A stretch of 64,000 bases of DNA from IMG/VR virus record IMGVR_UViG_3300020577_007013; one strand, written 5' to 3'. The notes beneath the pieces were generated by a model. It was not told the origin of the DNA, did not search any database, and was given only the letters and a program-made list of their open reading frames with translations. Below are positions 1 through 9,675 of this stretch, in pieces (the first letter of the stretch is position 1; the number at the start of each line of letters is the position of its first letter). The translations under genes were made by a program, and so were the position numbers. This stretch comes from a virus (taxonomy: Duplodnaviria > Caudoviricetes).

Positions 1-372
1 TTTGAGACAAGCATCTGCAACAGCTAATCTTCCAGGAGTAATTTTTTCCAACCAGTCTTTTTTCCATGATCTCCAATATGGATTAAAGAATGTCGAAAGA
101 GCTATGCATTCACAAGATCCTTGGTGATCAGAGTGATTATGTGAAAGGAAAAATGCATCAAGCTCATGAATTTTAAGTCCAGTAGAATACAGAAGGGAGT
201 GTCTCAGATCAGAACCGAAGTCTAGAACAAATCTGTAAGGTCTCTCTTTTCCTATGTCAAACTCTAACAAAAAATTAGACTGAAACTTAGGTTTGTAACA
301 TTTCCCTTTATCTGTTTCGACTACTTCCCCAGTAGCGAAAGCGCTGTTAACTCCAAGAGCTGTGACTTTCAT
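1..372 (-). CDS. Metallo-beta-lactamase fold hydrolase, RNase Z-like (3' end outside window)
   Basis: Not in ORF track; hand translation MKVTALGVNSAF...FVLDFGSD...FFLSHNHSDHQG carries the HxHxDH motif; GGAG RBS upstream. Confidence 0.75.
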   Translation of the reverse strand, partial: MKVTALGVNSAFATGEVVETDKGKCYKPKFQSNFLLEFDIGKERPYRFVLDFGSDLRHSLLYSTGLKIHELDAFFLSHNHSDHQGSCECIALSTFFNPYWRSWKKDWLEKITPGRLAVADACLK

Positions 373-433
373 TAAATCTCCATTTTACAAGATCTTTCAA
401 TAGTTAGATATAATAATGAAAAGAGACTTTCAG

Positions 434-443
434 ACTAATTACT
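434..443 (+). promoter_or_regulatory. ACTAAT-N4-ATG motif, candidate late promoter (leaderless)
   Basis: Same motif and spacing precede the starts at 9676, 38767, 31291, 32585 and 43610. Confidence 0.5.
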
Positions 444-1829
444 ATGGACAATGTGAGAGACATATCTGAAATAGAAATAGAGAAATTAAAAGATCTCATT
501 AGAAATGAGATAATGACAGAAAATGAAAAGATGAGAAATCCAAATTTTTGGAAAGACTCTAAGTATGAAAAAGTGAGAGAGCAAATAAAAGGTCTCACTG
601 ATTTTATGGAAGAAGAATTTGGATATTCAATTAGATGCAGCCATGTTCTGAACGACTCTAAAGAATGGAGAAAATGTGGAGGATGTAAAAAAGAGCTTAA
701 GAAAAAATTCAAGATAGACTATTGCAGTAAAAAATGTAGACTCATAGGAGATCCTGAGTATAAAAAAGCTTATGGAAAGAGCATAAGTGAAGGAAAGAAA
801 AAATCATTTAAAGAAATGCCTTATAGACAGTTTACTCTTGACTGGTTTACTTGGAAGTATGGAGAAGAAGAAGGATCAAGAAGATACCAAAAAAGAAACT
901 CTAAAGTAGGTCTTACTAAAGAGAATCTCATTAAAAAATACGGAGAAGAAGAAGGTTTGAAAAAACACGAGGTATATCGTTTTAATTGGGTTGCGTCTTT
1001 AGAAAAATCGATTAAAAAATACGGAGAAGAGGAGGGGACGAAAAGATATAATGAGACCTTAAGGAAGAGAAGTCAAAGCTTAGAAAGATTCATAGAAGTC
1101 TATGGAGAAAAGGAAGGAAGAAAAAGGTTTCAACAATTTTTAGATAACTTAAGTCATTCTAACTCATTGGAAGGGAAAATAGAAAAATTTGGTTTAGAAG
1201 AAGGAACAAGAAAGTATAATGAGTTCATAGAAAAGAAAGCTATGACCCCTGAATTATTTATAAACAAATACGGACCTGAAGAAGGATTAAAAAGATATGA
1301 AGATTGGAAAAGTCTTTCAGGCTTTAAAATCAAGTCCTATATAGAAAAATATGGAAAAGAGGAAGGGACGAAGAGATTCTTTGAAATGGTCAATAAATCG
1401 AGAGGAAATGCTAAAATTACGGTCTCAAAAAGTTCTCAAAAGTTCTTTAATAGACTCTACAAAAAGTTAAATAAGAGCTTAAGAGATCAAGTCAGATATC
1501 ATTCACTTAATGGAGAAAAAGAAGTTATTGAGTCTTCTATAAAGTATTATTTATTAGACTTCTGTTTGACAGAAAAGAGACTTGTTATAGAGTACAATGG
1601 AAGTTATTGGCATGCAAATCCAGAAAAATATGATGAGACATTCGTAAATAAGACTACAGGAAAAACTGCAGAAGAAATTTGGGAATCAGACAAAAGAAAA
1701 ATTGAGTTCTTAGAGTCTGAGGGATATAAAGTAAAAATAATTTGGGAATCAGATTGGATGAAAAAGAAAGACAGAAAATACAATCAAAAGAGAATTATTC
1801 AAGAATGTCTCAAATTCCTAGAATCTTAA
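444..1829 (+). CDS. Putative homing endonuclease: seven KYGEEEG-type repeats plus C-terminal Vsr/DUF559-like PD-(D/E)XK nuclease
   Basis: Repeats such as WKYGEEEG, KKYGEEEG, EVYGEKEG; C-terminal LLDFC...VIEYNGSYWHANP...KIIWESDW; opposite strand to neighbours. Confidence 0.7.
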   Translation: MDNVRDISEIEIEKLKDLIRNEIMTENEKMRNPNFWKDSKYEKVREQIKGLTDFMEEEFGYSIRCSHVLNDSKEWRKCGGCKKELKKKFKIDYCSKKCRLIGDPEYKKAYGKSISEGKKKSFKEMPYRQFTLDWFTWKYGEEEGSRRYQKRNSKVGLTKENLIKKYGEEEGLKKHEVYRFNWVASLEKSIKKYGEEEGTKRYNETLRKRSQSLERFIEVYGEKEGRKRFQQFLDNLSHSNSLEGKIEKFGLEEGTRKYNEFIEKKAMTPELFINKYGPEEGLKRYEDWKSLSGFKIKSYIEKYGKEEGTKRFFEMVNKSRGNAKITVSKSSQKFFNRLYKKLNKSLRDQVRYHSLNGEKEVIESSIKYYLLDFCLTEKRLVIEYNGSYWHANPEKYDETFVNKTTGKTAEEIWESDKRKIEFLESEGYKVKIIWESDWMKKKDRKYNQKRIIQECLKFLES

Positions 1830-2503
1830 GATTTTAACACAGAAGCTAGATCGACTCTACAAAATTCGAAGATAAATCGAAATAAATCATCATATTGACA
1901 CATTACTTCGAAGGTCTTATGAGTAGAGAATTTGAACATACGATTGAGTTCTTCATAGATTCTCTCTCTTGAAATGTTGCTTATAAGAGCATAATCAGTG
2001 AGAAGTACTCGTTCGATGTCTTCAGTGAGGATAAAGTCTTTAGTAATGGAGAATCTTAAAGCTCTTAACATTCGAAGAGAGTCTTCTTTAAGTCGGTCAG
2101 TCGAACCCACGCAACGTATGATTCGATCTTCGATATCCTGTCTACCATTGAATGGATCAAGTACTTCTCTTGTCTCTATATCAATAGCAATGGCATTCAT
2201 AGTAAAGTCTCGTCTAGCTAAATCATCTTGAATGGTTCCGATTTCTACAGTGTCAGGCCTACGGCCGTCTGAATAGTGACTATCCTTTCTACAAAGAACG
2301 AAGTCAGCATCTTCACCGTTTAGATTTCCTCTAATTGTGAGATACTTTTCACTGTTCGGAATCTGATAGATTTTGACTCCCATTTTTTCAAGAGTCTCTT
2401 TCATCTCTCCAAAGGAGTTTGCTTCTACAGAGTAGTCGATATCTTTAGACTCTAGACCGAGAATTTGATCTCTGACACAGCCACCTACTTTATAGAGCTT
2501 CAT
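1826..2503 (-). CDS. cca: Minimal tRNA nucleotidyltransferase (CCA-adding/poly(A) polymerase class II head domain)
   Basis: VGGCVRD, KDID, DDLARRDFTMNA and EDSLRMLRALRF motifs. Confidence 0.88.
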   Translation of the reverse strand: MKLYKVGGCVRDQILGLESKDIDYSVEANSFGEMKETLEKMGVKIYQIPNSEKYLTIRGNLNGEDADFVLCRKDSHYSDGRRPDTVEIGTIQDDLARRDFTMNAIAIDIETREVLDPFNGRQDIEDRIIRCVGSTDRLKEDSLRMLRALRFSITKDFILTEDIERVLLTDYALISNISRERIYEELNRMFKFSTHKTFEVMCQYDDLFRFIFEFCRVDLASVLKS

Positions 2504-2811
2504 ATTTCATCTGCTGGTTCTGGAGGAAAAGCATATCCAGAGATCATTGCATATTTTGCTGGATGCATATAGAAGCCTACAGGCTGCTCTTCGTCTTCTT
2601 TTTTCAGTCGTTCAATGTGTTTCCTTATCCATTTCATGAACAACATTGCTCTGTCTTCTGACAAGAACTTAGCTCCCTCTGTGTCTGCTACAGGAACAGG
2701 GAATTCAAATCCTGAAGTCGTTTTGTACCAAAGCTCGTTGTTCTGAAGATAGATGAAGTTCACTCTCTTGTCTTCACCTACGACTTCATCCTTAAGGTTA
2801 GATATTATCAT
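2500..2811 (-). CDS. Hypothetical phage protein
   Basis: ORF overlapping neighbours in operon. Confidence 0.6.
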   Translation of the reverse strand: MIISNLKDEVVGEDKRVNFIYLQNNELWYKTTSGFEFPVPVADTEGAKFLSEDRAMLFMKWIRKHIERLKKEDEEQPVGFYMHPAKYAMISGYAFPPEPADEI

Positions 2812-3475
2812 TTTTAAAGTTCCTTAATTTTGTCGCTGCAGATTGATAATTCCACTTCGTGTCTTTAAGAACAGAAGAACAGAGAAGTCTTTCCATTCCT
2901 ATCTCTTTGTGGAGTTTTTCGATCATCTGAGTCTTCTTAATCTGAGTCAGAGGAGTTTTCTTCTTCTTAATGAATGCATTTAAATCTGTCGTAATTTTTA
3001 CAAGAGTCGATTTGTCAAGAGTCTTTAGCTCATCGAATTTCTTATAGATCTCTTGCCTTAATCCCGTAAATTTCTTTTTAAGCTCTTTCAATTCTTCAAT
3101 AATTTTTTCATTCTCTTCACATTTTGGAAAAAACTTATTTTCTTCTACTGAGTCATGGTTTGAAGAAGTAAGATTTAGTCTTCCAGGTCTGTAAAAATCA
3201 TCTTTTACTTTAAATAACTTCGGATCAAGTCCTTCTCTGTAGAACGACGAACGATTTTGATCAATGAAAAAATCAAGTGACAGACAGTAACCTTCAATTG
3301 GCTCATAGTTACTGACTTGAAGAGCTTCATCAATTTTCTTCTTGACTTCATGGAGTTGACTTTCACTTATTCGCTTCGACCCTTTTCCAGAGACCTTTAT
3401 CTCACAATTCCAAGAAGCACTATACGGACTTTCATAGTAAGTAATTGTGAATCCTTTGTATTTTTCTTTTATCAT
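2798..3475 (-). CDS. Hypothetical protein; N-terminus shared with 16400..16714, C-terminal EF-Ts N-terminal-like (UBA-like) domain
   Basis: C-terminus MIEKLHKEIGMERLLCSSVLKDTKWNYQSAATKLR follows the EF-Ts N-domain pattern. Confidence 0.5.
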   Translation of the reverse strand: MIKEKYKGFTITYYESPYSASWNCEIKVSGKGSKRISESQLHEVKKKIDEALQVSNYEPIEGYCLSLDFFIDQNRSSFYREGLDPKLFKVKDDFYRPGRLNLTSSNHDSVEENKFFPKCEENEKIIEELKELKKKFTGLRQEIYKKFDELKTLDKSTLVKITTDLNAFIKKKKTPLTQIKKTQMIEKLHKEIGMERLLCSSVLKDTKWNYQSAATKLRNFKNDNI

Positions 3476-4494
3476 TCTTTTTCTCCTAAGAGAAACTTGT
3501 TACTGATCACCTTAAACTTGACCATTTCTCCATTGAACTTCTCTGTTGATCTGAAAACGAGTCCTTCTCTTACTTTATTGTTCAATGACTCTCCGTCTGC
3601 GTATTCAAGTAGAGACTGCATGGTAAAGTCTTTCAGTCTAATGCGACCGAGAATAGGAACTGTTCTGATTGTAGGCTCCTTTTCCTGTAAGACTTTAAAG
3701 AATTTTTCTCTGTCATCTGGAAGCAAATATTCCCTTTTGCTTATGTCGAATACATCGAAGAGAAAGAGTTCATTCTGAGTAAGTCCTTCTCTATTTCCTT
3801 GAATTCCAGTTCCCATCAGTTCACCTTGAACTGCAAAACCTTCTGGAAGAATGTCAAGTATCTTGTATTTTCTAGCAGCTTGCCAGAATTTGTTTCCTTC
3901 TGTCTCTTTTAGGTCAATATTCCTAGAACAGACACCTAGAGCTTGTTCCCAATTGTAGCTTGTAAATGAAGAGCCGTCTAACTTAAGAGTCGCTTCAAAT
4001 TCAAGCTCCTGAATTTTGGGCCACAACTTTGTCATGTTCTGAATTCTTTCAGCGTCTGTCTTAATAATGAATGAAGGAAAATTACCTTTAGCTTCACCAG
4101 ATAGTTGACCTGGAATAGGAGCTTCATATTTGACGACGTTGAGAATTTCAGTTACGTCCATATCTTCTTCAGGTACAATTCCTTCTGGAAGAATAGAGAT
4201 TGGAAAGATCATTCCTTGAGAAAGTTCTCCACGTAATTTGATTGTCTTAATACGGAATCCTTCTCTGCCATCAGCAAGAATCTTGAAGCAATTTTTTCTC
4301 AGGAATTCGTATTCAGGAGAAACCGGAAGATGTGAGTCTATCTCGAAGTATATGCAAAGATCACCGGTTTTGAAGCCATTTGTTTTTGCAGTCACGCATT
4401 GCCACCCACCTATAACAGCTATATCTAAGCTATCAGCATTATTGTGCTTCTTTATTTCGTCGATCCTTCTTATTGACGCTAATTTACGTTCCAT
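3472..4494 (-). CDS. RNA ligase, DRB0094/Rnl5-type (OB-fold plus ligase domain)
   Basis: N-terminal RKLASI...NADSL...GGWQCV; KLDGSS motif I; QGELMG; REGLVF; FKVISNKFL. Confidence 0.9.
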   Translation of the reverse strand: MERKLASIRRIDEIKKHNNADSLDIAVIGGWQCVTAKTNGFKTGDLCIYFEIDSHLPVSPEYEFLRKNCFKILADGREGFRIKTIKLRGELSQGMIFPISILPEGIVPEEDMDVTEILNVVKYEAPIPGQLSGEAKGNFPSFIIKTDAERIQNMTKLWPKIQELEFEATLKLDGSSFTSYNWEQALGVCSRNIDLKETEGNKFWQAARKYKILDILPEGFAVQGELMGTGIQGNREGLTQNELFLFDVFDISKREYLLPDDREKFFKVLQEKEPTIRTVPILGRIRLKDFTMQSLLEYADGESLNNKVREGLVFRSTEKFNGEMVKFKVISNKFLLGEKE

Positions 4495-4495
4495 A

Positions 4496-5464
4496 TTATT
4501 CCTTAATGTTAAACTTTTCTCTTAGTATCATCATACAGAGAGAATCAATCTGAGGTATATTAGGTGAGTGGGAAACAACATAAGCTTTTTCCTCGTAGAT
4601 TTTATTACAGAGTTCGTCTAGACTTTCGGCTTCGAACATTAGTTTGTCATAGTCCCATGCTCCAGCTCTTATAGACTTTAGCTCTTCAGCATCAGATCTT
4701 TTGACTTCTACCCTACCTTCAGTAAGAATTTCCTTACCCATTCGAAGTAATCGAATTAAATGCATCGCATGTTTCGTATCGTACCCAAACTTTGTCTCTA
4801 CACCGTGTCGTTCTTTATTACGATTCTTCTTCCACTCTTCATAGTTGGAATAATCTCTAAGAGCGAGTCTGTATTTTTTCTCAAGATAATAATTGGTTGC
4901 TGTCTCATCTCCAAACTTTTGAGCGATGAGTTCTCTTACATCAGAAGAAGGATTCTTGTCCTTATTGAAACCGAACTGCATATCGATTGCGTTTATTCTT
5001 GAGTGGTCCATTAGGGATTTGTGTTCAGGAAGTCCATAGTCTGTTCTCTTAGGATGTTCAGGAGGAAAGTCATTCCATTTCTTATGGTTCTTCAGACGTA
5101 TCATTTGTGAATGAGCATATCCTGTAAAGGTATGCTTCGCTTTTGCAGAGAGAAAGATTTCTTTATTATTCCTTAGCATCTCTCCAAATCCGTCCATAAA
5201 GAGAATGTCTTCGTCAACTACGTTGAGGACTTCAATAATATTCGGATTGCAATCTGAAGCAAGCTTTATGAACTTCTTAAATTCATAGATAGCAATGTCA
5301 GGGTCTTTTGATTCATGTTGTTCAAACTTCTTGTGGAATGAAAGGTAATATTCAAGAGGAGGGATCGCTATCCCCTTGACGTCAAGATCTGATGTTGGGA
5401 GATTCGTTCCATACGCTTGACTTCCAGACTTAACTTTGTAAATTGTCCAAGATTCGTCGAACAT
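4496..5464 (-). CDS. RlaP-like DNA pol beta superfamily nucleotidyltransferase
   Basis: GSQAYGTNLPTSDLDVKG, CNPNIIE, GYDTKHAMHLIRLL. Confidence 0.85.
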   Translation of the reverse strand: MFDESWTIYKVKSGSQAYGTNLPTSDLDVKGIAIPPLEYYLSFHKKFEQHESKDPDIAIYEFKKFIKLASDCNPNIIEVLNVVDEDILFMDGFGEMLRNNKEIFLSAKAKHTFTGYAHSQMIRLKNHKKWNDFPPEHPKRTDYGLPEHKSLMDHSRINAIDMQFGFNKDKNPSSDVRELIAQKFGDETATNYYLEKKYRLALRDYSNYEEWKKNRNKERHGVETKFGYDTKHAMHLIRLLRMGKEILTEGRVEVKRSDAEELKSIRAGAWDYDKLMFEAESLDELCNKIYEEKAYVVSHSPNIPQIDSLCMMILREKFNIKE

Positions 5465-6228
5465 TAGTCTTCCTGCTCCACTGCTAAGTATTTATTAATG
5501 AAGTCTCTGTCTTGTGTAAAAATCGGTATCTCATAGTCAATATGCATCTTTGTTCTGCCGATATTTTCAGGATCTGGAATTTTGTAGACACAGCTTCCTC
5601 TTTTGAATTTGGTCTCTACATCATTCCAATTCTTTCCTTTCTGAAATGTGAGCTCCTGAAGTTCAGAAGTATTTTTATTGTTCAATTCTTTCTGAGAGTA
5701 GAGCGACTGAGCAAGCATTTGAATGCTATTCCTAGTAGCGTCTTGTTGTCTCCAAATAAAGTAATTACAAAGCTCTGCTTCAGGAAGCACAAAAGCTCTA
5801 CAATCGAAGTGAGCTATCTTGCAATCGTTGACCAATGGTTCTCCTATGTCTAAGTCTTCAAACAACTTGTGACTATTCAGAGAGAAAAATGAAGCAGCAA
5901 TAGACGCAGCAACAGAGACAATCTTCTGAACGTTCTTGTCGAACCAAGCATCAGAGTTGAGTCTCTTGTAATCGTGAACAAATATAGAGATCTCGTCAGA
6001 TTGAGTGTATCCAATTTGAGCTGCTTGAATTTCTTCCATGAGATATTTAGTCGTTTCGCACATGAGTTCATGAAGTTTAGCATCATAAGGCTTTGTCATT
6101 CTTCTAGTGTAGGTATGAAAAGCTTTGCCGTCTAGACGAAGTATAAGAGGCATTCGTCTCGGAAGAAAAGTCTTTGCTCGATCTTCATAATTGGATTTTA
6201 GCCTGTCGCCCAGTGAGTCTCCTTTCAT
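5464..6228 (-). CDS. thg1: tRNA(His) guanylyltransferase Thg1-like (3'-5' polymerase)
   Basis: LRLDGKAFHTYT, YTQSDEIS, FDCR, YFIWRQQDATRNSI. Confidence 0.93.
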   Translation of the reverse strand: MKGDSLGDRLKSNYEDRAKTFLPRRMPLILRLDGKAFHTYTRRMTKPYDAKLHELMCETTKYLMEEIQAAQIGYTQSDEISIFVHDYKRLNSDAWFDKNVQKIVSVAASIAASFFSLNSHKLFEDLDIGEPLVNDCKIAHFDCRAFVLPEAELCNYFIWRQQDATRNSIQMLAQSLYSQKELNNKNTSELQELTFQKGKNWNDVETKFKRGSCVYKIPDPENIGRTKMHIDYEIPIFTQDRDFINKYLAVEQED

Positions 6229-6434
6229 CTTCCCCTCTTGATTCTATATTCTTTTATTACTTCTTCTATTCCATGCTCTTTAAATTGTTTCTCAGTTGTC
6301 AATGTAACATGTCCATTTCCAGTCCACATTATTGTTGACAAACAATCGGTGCAAATGAATATAGGATTTCCTACAGTGGGAAAGAAAGCTGAGTGGAACA
6401 TTTTCATTTCTGTTCTACACTCCTTACAGACCAT
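6225..6434 (-). CDS. Small zinc-ribbon protein
   Basis: CKEC...CTDC. Confidence 0.55.
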   Translation of the reverse strand: MVCKECRTEMKMFHSAFFPTVGNPIFICTDCLSTIMWTGNGHVTLTTEKQFKEHGIEEVIKEYRIKRGR

Positions 6435-6993
6435 ACTGAGTCTTCCCTTCCATCAAAAGTTTTCCTCTATAACAGAGTGTAACACTGTCTTCAGCAACAT
6501 TGATGAGTCCTTTCTTATGAAGGAACCTTAAATAGTTTTTCTGAATTGGGTCGAGTGTCTCAACTGAAACGTATCTTCCATCTTCTGATTTTTCAAATAC
6601 TGACTGCATCATTTGAGGAATTGTCTTTCCTTGAATTATTTCGAATATTTTGAAGTGCCAAGGTTCAGTCGGCTCCTCTATGAAATCGCTTAAGACTTCC
6701 GAAAGAGTCTCCCATCTCAAGTACATAGCTTCAGGTGCTGAATATTGAGCACTACTTATAATTTTGTCAAGAGACCTATTCATTTCTTCAAGTTGAGAGA
6801 CTTCCTTGATCTGCTCTATGACTGAAATGATATCCCTATCAGTGGACATGTTCGGTGGCTCTGTAATTGATGTCCTGTACTTCAATAATTTGTTTCTTAC
6901 CACATGAAGGACATTTATGTTCGTAGGTTCCTGGATCCAATTTAACGAACATCGGTGGCTTGTGTTCAGGATCTTTGCAGAGATCTTTTCCAT
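6424..6993 (-). CDS. Hypothetical protein
   Basis: ORF in operon. Confidence 0.55.
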   Translation of the reverse strand: MEKISAKILNTSHRCSLNWIQEPTNINVLHVVRNKLLKYRTSITEPPNMSTDRDIISVIEQIKEVSQLEEMNRSLDKIISSAQYSAPEAMYLRWETLSEVLSDFIEEPTEPWHFKIFEIIQGKTIPQMMQSVFEKSEDGRYVSVETLDPIQKNYLRFLHKKGLINVAEDSVTLCYRGKLLMEGKTQYGL

Positions 6994-7026
6994 TGAAATC
7001 TTTGATTTTCTTTAGCATGATTCCTC

Positions 7027-7221
7027 CTAAAAATGAAGTCTCTCCATTTGCTGATCAATCCAGCTTTTGTTTGTCACGGTTAATTCTCGTCTTTTCTCAT
7101 GTTTGTACATAGAGATTAGATTTTTCATTTCGTTCAAGTGAAGATCAAAGCTCTCATCAGAAGAGACTTCCAACACAGAGAGCTTGTCTTTAAGTTCCTG
7201 TATTAGAATTTCTTTTCGCAT
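7027..7221 (-). CDS. Hypothetical protein (start reassigned to MRKEIL)
   Basis: Avoids a long overlap with 7190..7378. Confidence 0.45.
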   Translation of the reverse strand: MRKEILIQELKDKLSVLEVSSDESFDLHLNEMKNLISMYKHEKRRELTVTNKSWIDQQMERLHF

Positions 7222-7378
7222 CTTCAAAAACCTGTACAACAAAGAATGATGATGAGAGAAAGATTCCCACCATAAGTCCGAAATGTTGATAAGAAAAGTT
7301 CGTCTCAATTTCAGGTCTTTCCACAATTAATAGAAAGAGAAAGAATGAGAGTCCTATAAGTGACATAATCTTACTCAT
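7190..7378 (-). CDS. Small membrane protein
   Basis: Two hydrophobic segments; TAATATA 7 nt upstream of ATG. Confidence 0.55.
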   Translation of the reverse strand: MSKIMSLIGLSFFLFLLIVERPEIETNFSYQHFGLMVGIFLSSSFFVVQVFEDAKRNSNTGT

Positions 7379-7385
7379 GAATAAT

Positions 7386-7392
7386 TATATTA
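7386..7392 (-). promoter_or_regulatory. TA(A/T)TATA -10-like element 7 nt before ATG
   Basis: Recurs with 7-8 nt spacing before several operon-first genes. Confidence 0.55.
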
Positions 7393-7420
7393 GACTCTCG
7401 GTGTTTCGAAAACCGAAAAT

Positions 7421-8308
7421 CTAAATATCTGAGTCTGGATCACCTACTCTGAAAAGAGGAAGTCCTTCTGAATGCCACATCCTGCAGACAGAGAGTCTAT
7501 CATCAAACACAGCATTAATGTTATACTTCCCTTTGATGTGAGTCTCGTAAAGCTCTTTCTTTACTATAGAGTCTTTTCTCTTATCTCCAGTTTTTCTCAT
7601 GAAGAGATCACCGTCAAGTTTTGCTTTTTCTCTTATGAATCTGAGAGTCTCAGTATGACAACTATCAGTTCTACCTGAAACAAAAATGAGTTTGATTCCT
7701 TTAGAGACTTGAGGATGTAAGATAGCTACAAGTTTTTCGTTTACTTTGTCATGATAGACTTTGTCCTCATCATACCATCCTCTATGACCATCATTAATAG
7801 CCAATGTTCCATCAAGGTCTACAAGAATAGCTTCAGGAAGTCCTGCAACGAAGTCTACCTTCTTGACTTCAGTATCTTTCTTTGCTAGGTATTGCTCAAA
7901 CATTCTGTGAATCACATGGTCAGGAACTTTATTGGGTCGAAGAGAGTTTCTTCTCAGACATTCATCAATAGAGACATCAGTGAAATCTTTCACTTTGATC
8001 TGGATCTCTCTATCAGGAAAATTTGACTCGACTATCTCTCTTACAGTTCTCTCATGAGAAGGGTCTAGGTTTGTGTCATCGATAATTACAGACTTATCCA
8101 TAGAGAGAATTTTCTTTATAGCTTCATTTCTCATGTGAAGAACGAGCTTTTCCTTCTGTTTAGTCCATATTGAACAGAACATCATTTCTCTCAGATCGTC
8201 TTTATTCACCCTAAAGTATTTATCAGGATTGAGCCTCACTTGCTCCTTAGCCCATGTCGACTTTCCACTTGCCGGAAGGCCTTTAGTCAGAATTACTTCT
8301 AATGCCAT
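7421..8308 (-). CDS. pseT: Polynucleotide 5'-kinase/3'-phosphatase (T4 PseT-like)
   Basis: GLPASGKST P-loop, RVNKDDLR, HAD motif DLDGTL, VSGR, FDDR. Confidence 0.93.
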   Translation of the reverse strand: MALEVILTKGLPASGKSTWAKEQVRLNPDKYFRVNKDDLREMMFCSIWTKQKEKLVLHMRNEAIKKILSMDKSVIIDDTNLDPSHERTVREIVESNFPDREIQIKVKDFTDVSIDECLRRNSLRPNKVPDHVIHRMFEQYLAKKDTEVKKVDFVAGLPEAILVDLDGTLAINDGHRGWYDEDKVYHDKVNEKLVAILHPQVSKGIKLIFVSGRTDSCHTETLRFIREKAKLDGDLFMRKTGDKRKDSIVKKELYETHIKGKYNINAVFDDRLSVCRMWHSEGLPLFRVGDPDSDI

Positions 8309-8311
8309 AGT

Positions 8312-8554
8312 TTACTCCAATATTTTTCTTGTCTCTGGTTTCTTAACCCAACCAGTTTTCACCACTTCTGATTTTTCTAGAAGTTGATTCATATACTTTT
8401 TCGATTCTTCTTTCGAAAGTCCTCTCATTCCAAGCTTATTGAAGTCGACTCCCATAGAGATCTCATTTTCTTTTCTCATAAACTCAGAGATCTGAATTTC
8501 TATTTCTTTCCAGATGAATTTATGTAACCGTTTTCTTAGCCAATTCATAGCCAT
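8312..8554 (-). CDS. Hypothetical protein
   Basis: ORF between rnl1 and pseT. Confidence 0.5.
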   Translation of the reverse strand: MAMNWLRKRLHKFIWKEIEIQISEFMRKENEISMGVDFNKLGMRGLSKEESKKYMNQLLEKSEVVKTGWVKKPETRKILE

Positions 8555-9612
8555 GACAATACACTCTCTAATCTAGCATCCTTCATACACTCATCTAGAG
8601 TCTTTCCTTTTCTCATTGCAAAGAGAATGGAGGAGAATTTAAAGTCCTTAACTGCAAGAGCAAAGTCTTTTTGAGTTACGAGAGTTTTGTTTGCTTCATA
8701 TTCTTTTGCGATGTCTTCCTTAAGCAGGTCATACTTACTCTTGACCTCTTCTATCTCTTTCTTAAATTCAGGAAAGTAAGCTACGACTTCCTCTATTTCC
8801 CCTTTCATTACAATTTCAAGAGCTCTTTTCTCGTTGAAATATTCTCCTCTGAGTTGGTGTAAAGCGACATAATGAGGAGCTTTTACCTTTACTCTATTGA
8901 AGTCAGCATCACAAAGAACAAATCCTTCTCCTTCAATTCCATTCATTTTCTCAACATACTCTAGAACTTGTTCCTTCGTCCTAAGATCATAAGTCTTGAC
9001 TAGCTCGTATCCTAAGTGAGAAAAATCTTCAATTGGATATTCTTTTCCTGTAGAGTTATCACGAACTCCAGTAAGAACCAGTCTCTGTTGGTCTCCATAT
9101 TGGACGACTATCTTATTCCATTTTGTTATGAGTTCAAAAGCAAATGAATAGGTTATGTACTCGTCTGGTGGGTATTTGTATCCATTCAGTTCAAAGGTCT
9201 GTCTCATAAGTTCATTGAATGTAAATCCAGCTCCATGAGCTTCTCCTCCAGCATCAGGAGATCCAGAAGATGAAAAATGCCATTCGTTATCATGAAACCA
9301 GAGTTGTGCAAGAGATCCATCAAGTTTCTCAAAAGCCCTTACAGTCTTCCAATCCAACTGAGCTGCATGTCCTTCATGCAAATTGAAAAATTTGTCAAAA
9401 GTTCTGTTAACGATATTCCAATTGTTTTTTTCATCGAGAATTATCCCTCTGCATTCTCTGACAAATTGTTCAGTCATAGGAGAGAATATTCCATACTTAA
9501 ACATTACTAGGTTCTCGTATTTTGGATGTCTTTTGACTCCAATATCATAAGTCTTCGAGATGGAGTCTAGAGTGAGTTCTCCGTTTCTTAGTTTTTCTTG
9601 TAACTGTGTCAT
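8545..9612 (-). CDS. rnlA: RNA ligase 1 (T4 RnlA-like); start reassigned to MTQLQ
   Basis: ECRGII, FDKFFN, EKLDGSL, FELI, EGFVL, RVKVK. Confidence 0.9.
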   Translation of the reverse strand: MTQLQEKLRNGELTLDSISKTYDIGVKRHPKYENLVMFKYGIFSPMTEQFVRECRGIILDEKNNWNIVNRTFDKFFNLHEGHAAQLDWKTVRAFEKLDGSLAQLWFHDNEWHFSSSGSPDAGGEAHGAGFTFNELMRQTFELNGYKYPPDEYITYSFAFELITKWNKIVVQYGDQQRLVLTGVRDNSTGKEYPIEDFSHLGYELVKTYDLRTKEQVLEYVEKMNGIEGEGFVLCDADFNRVKVKAPHYVALHQLRGEYFNEKRALEIVMKGEIEEVVAYFPEFKKEIEEVKSKYDLLKEDIAKEYEANKTLVTQKDFALAVKDFKFSSILFAMRKGKTLDECMKDARLESVLSWL

Positions 9613-9675
9613 CTTGCTTAGATATAATTTCTTCCGGAGAGTCACGAATTAATAGATTAGAAGGAACTAAATTGT

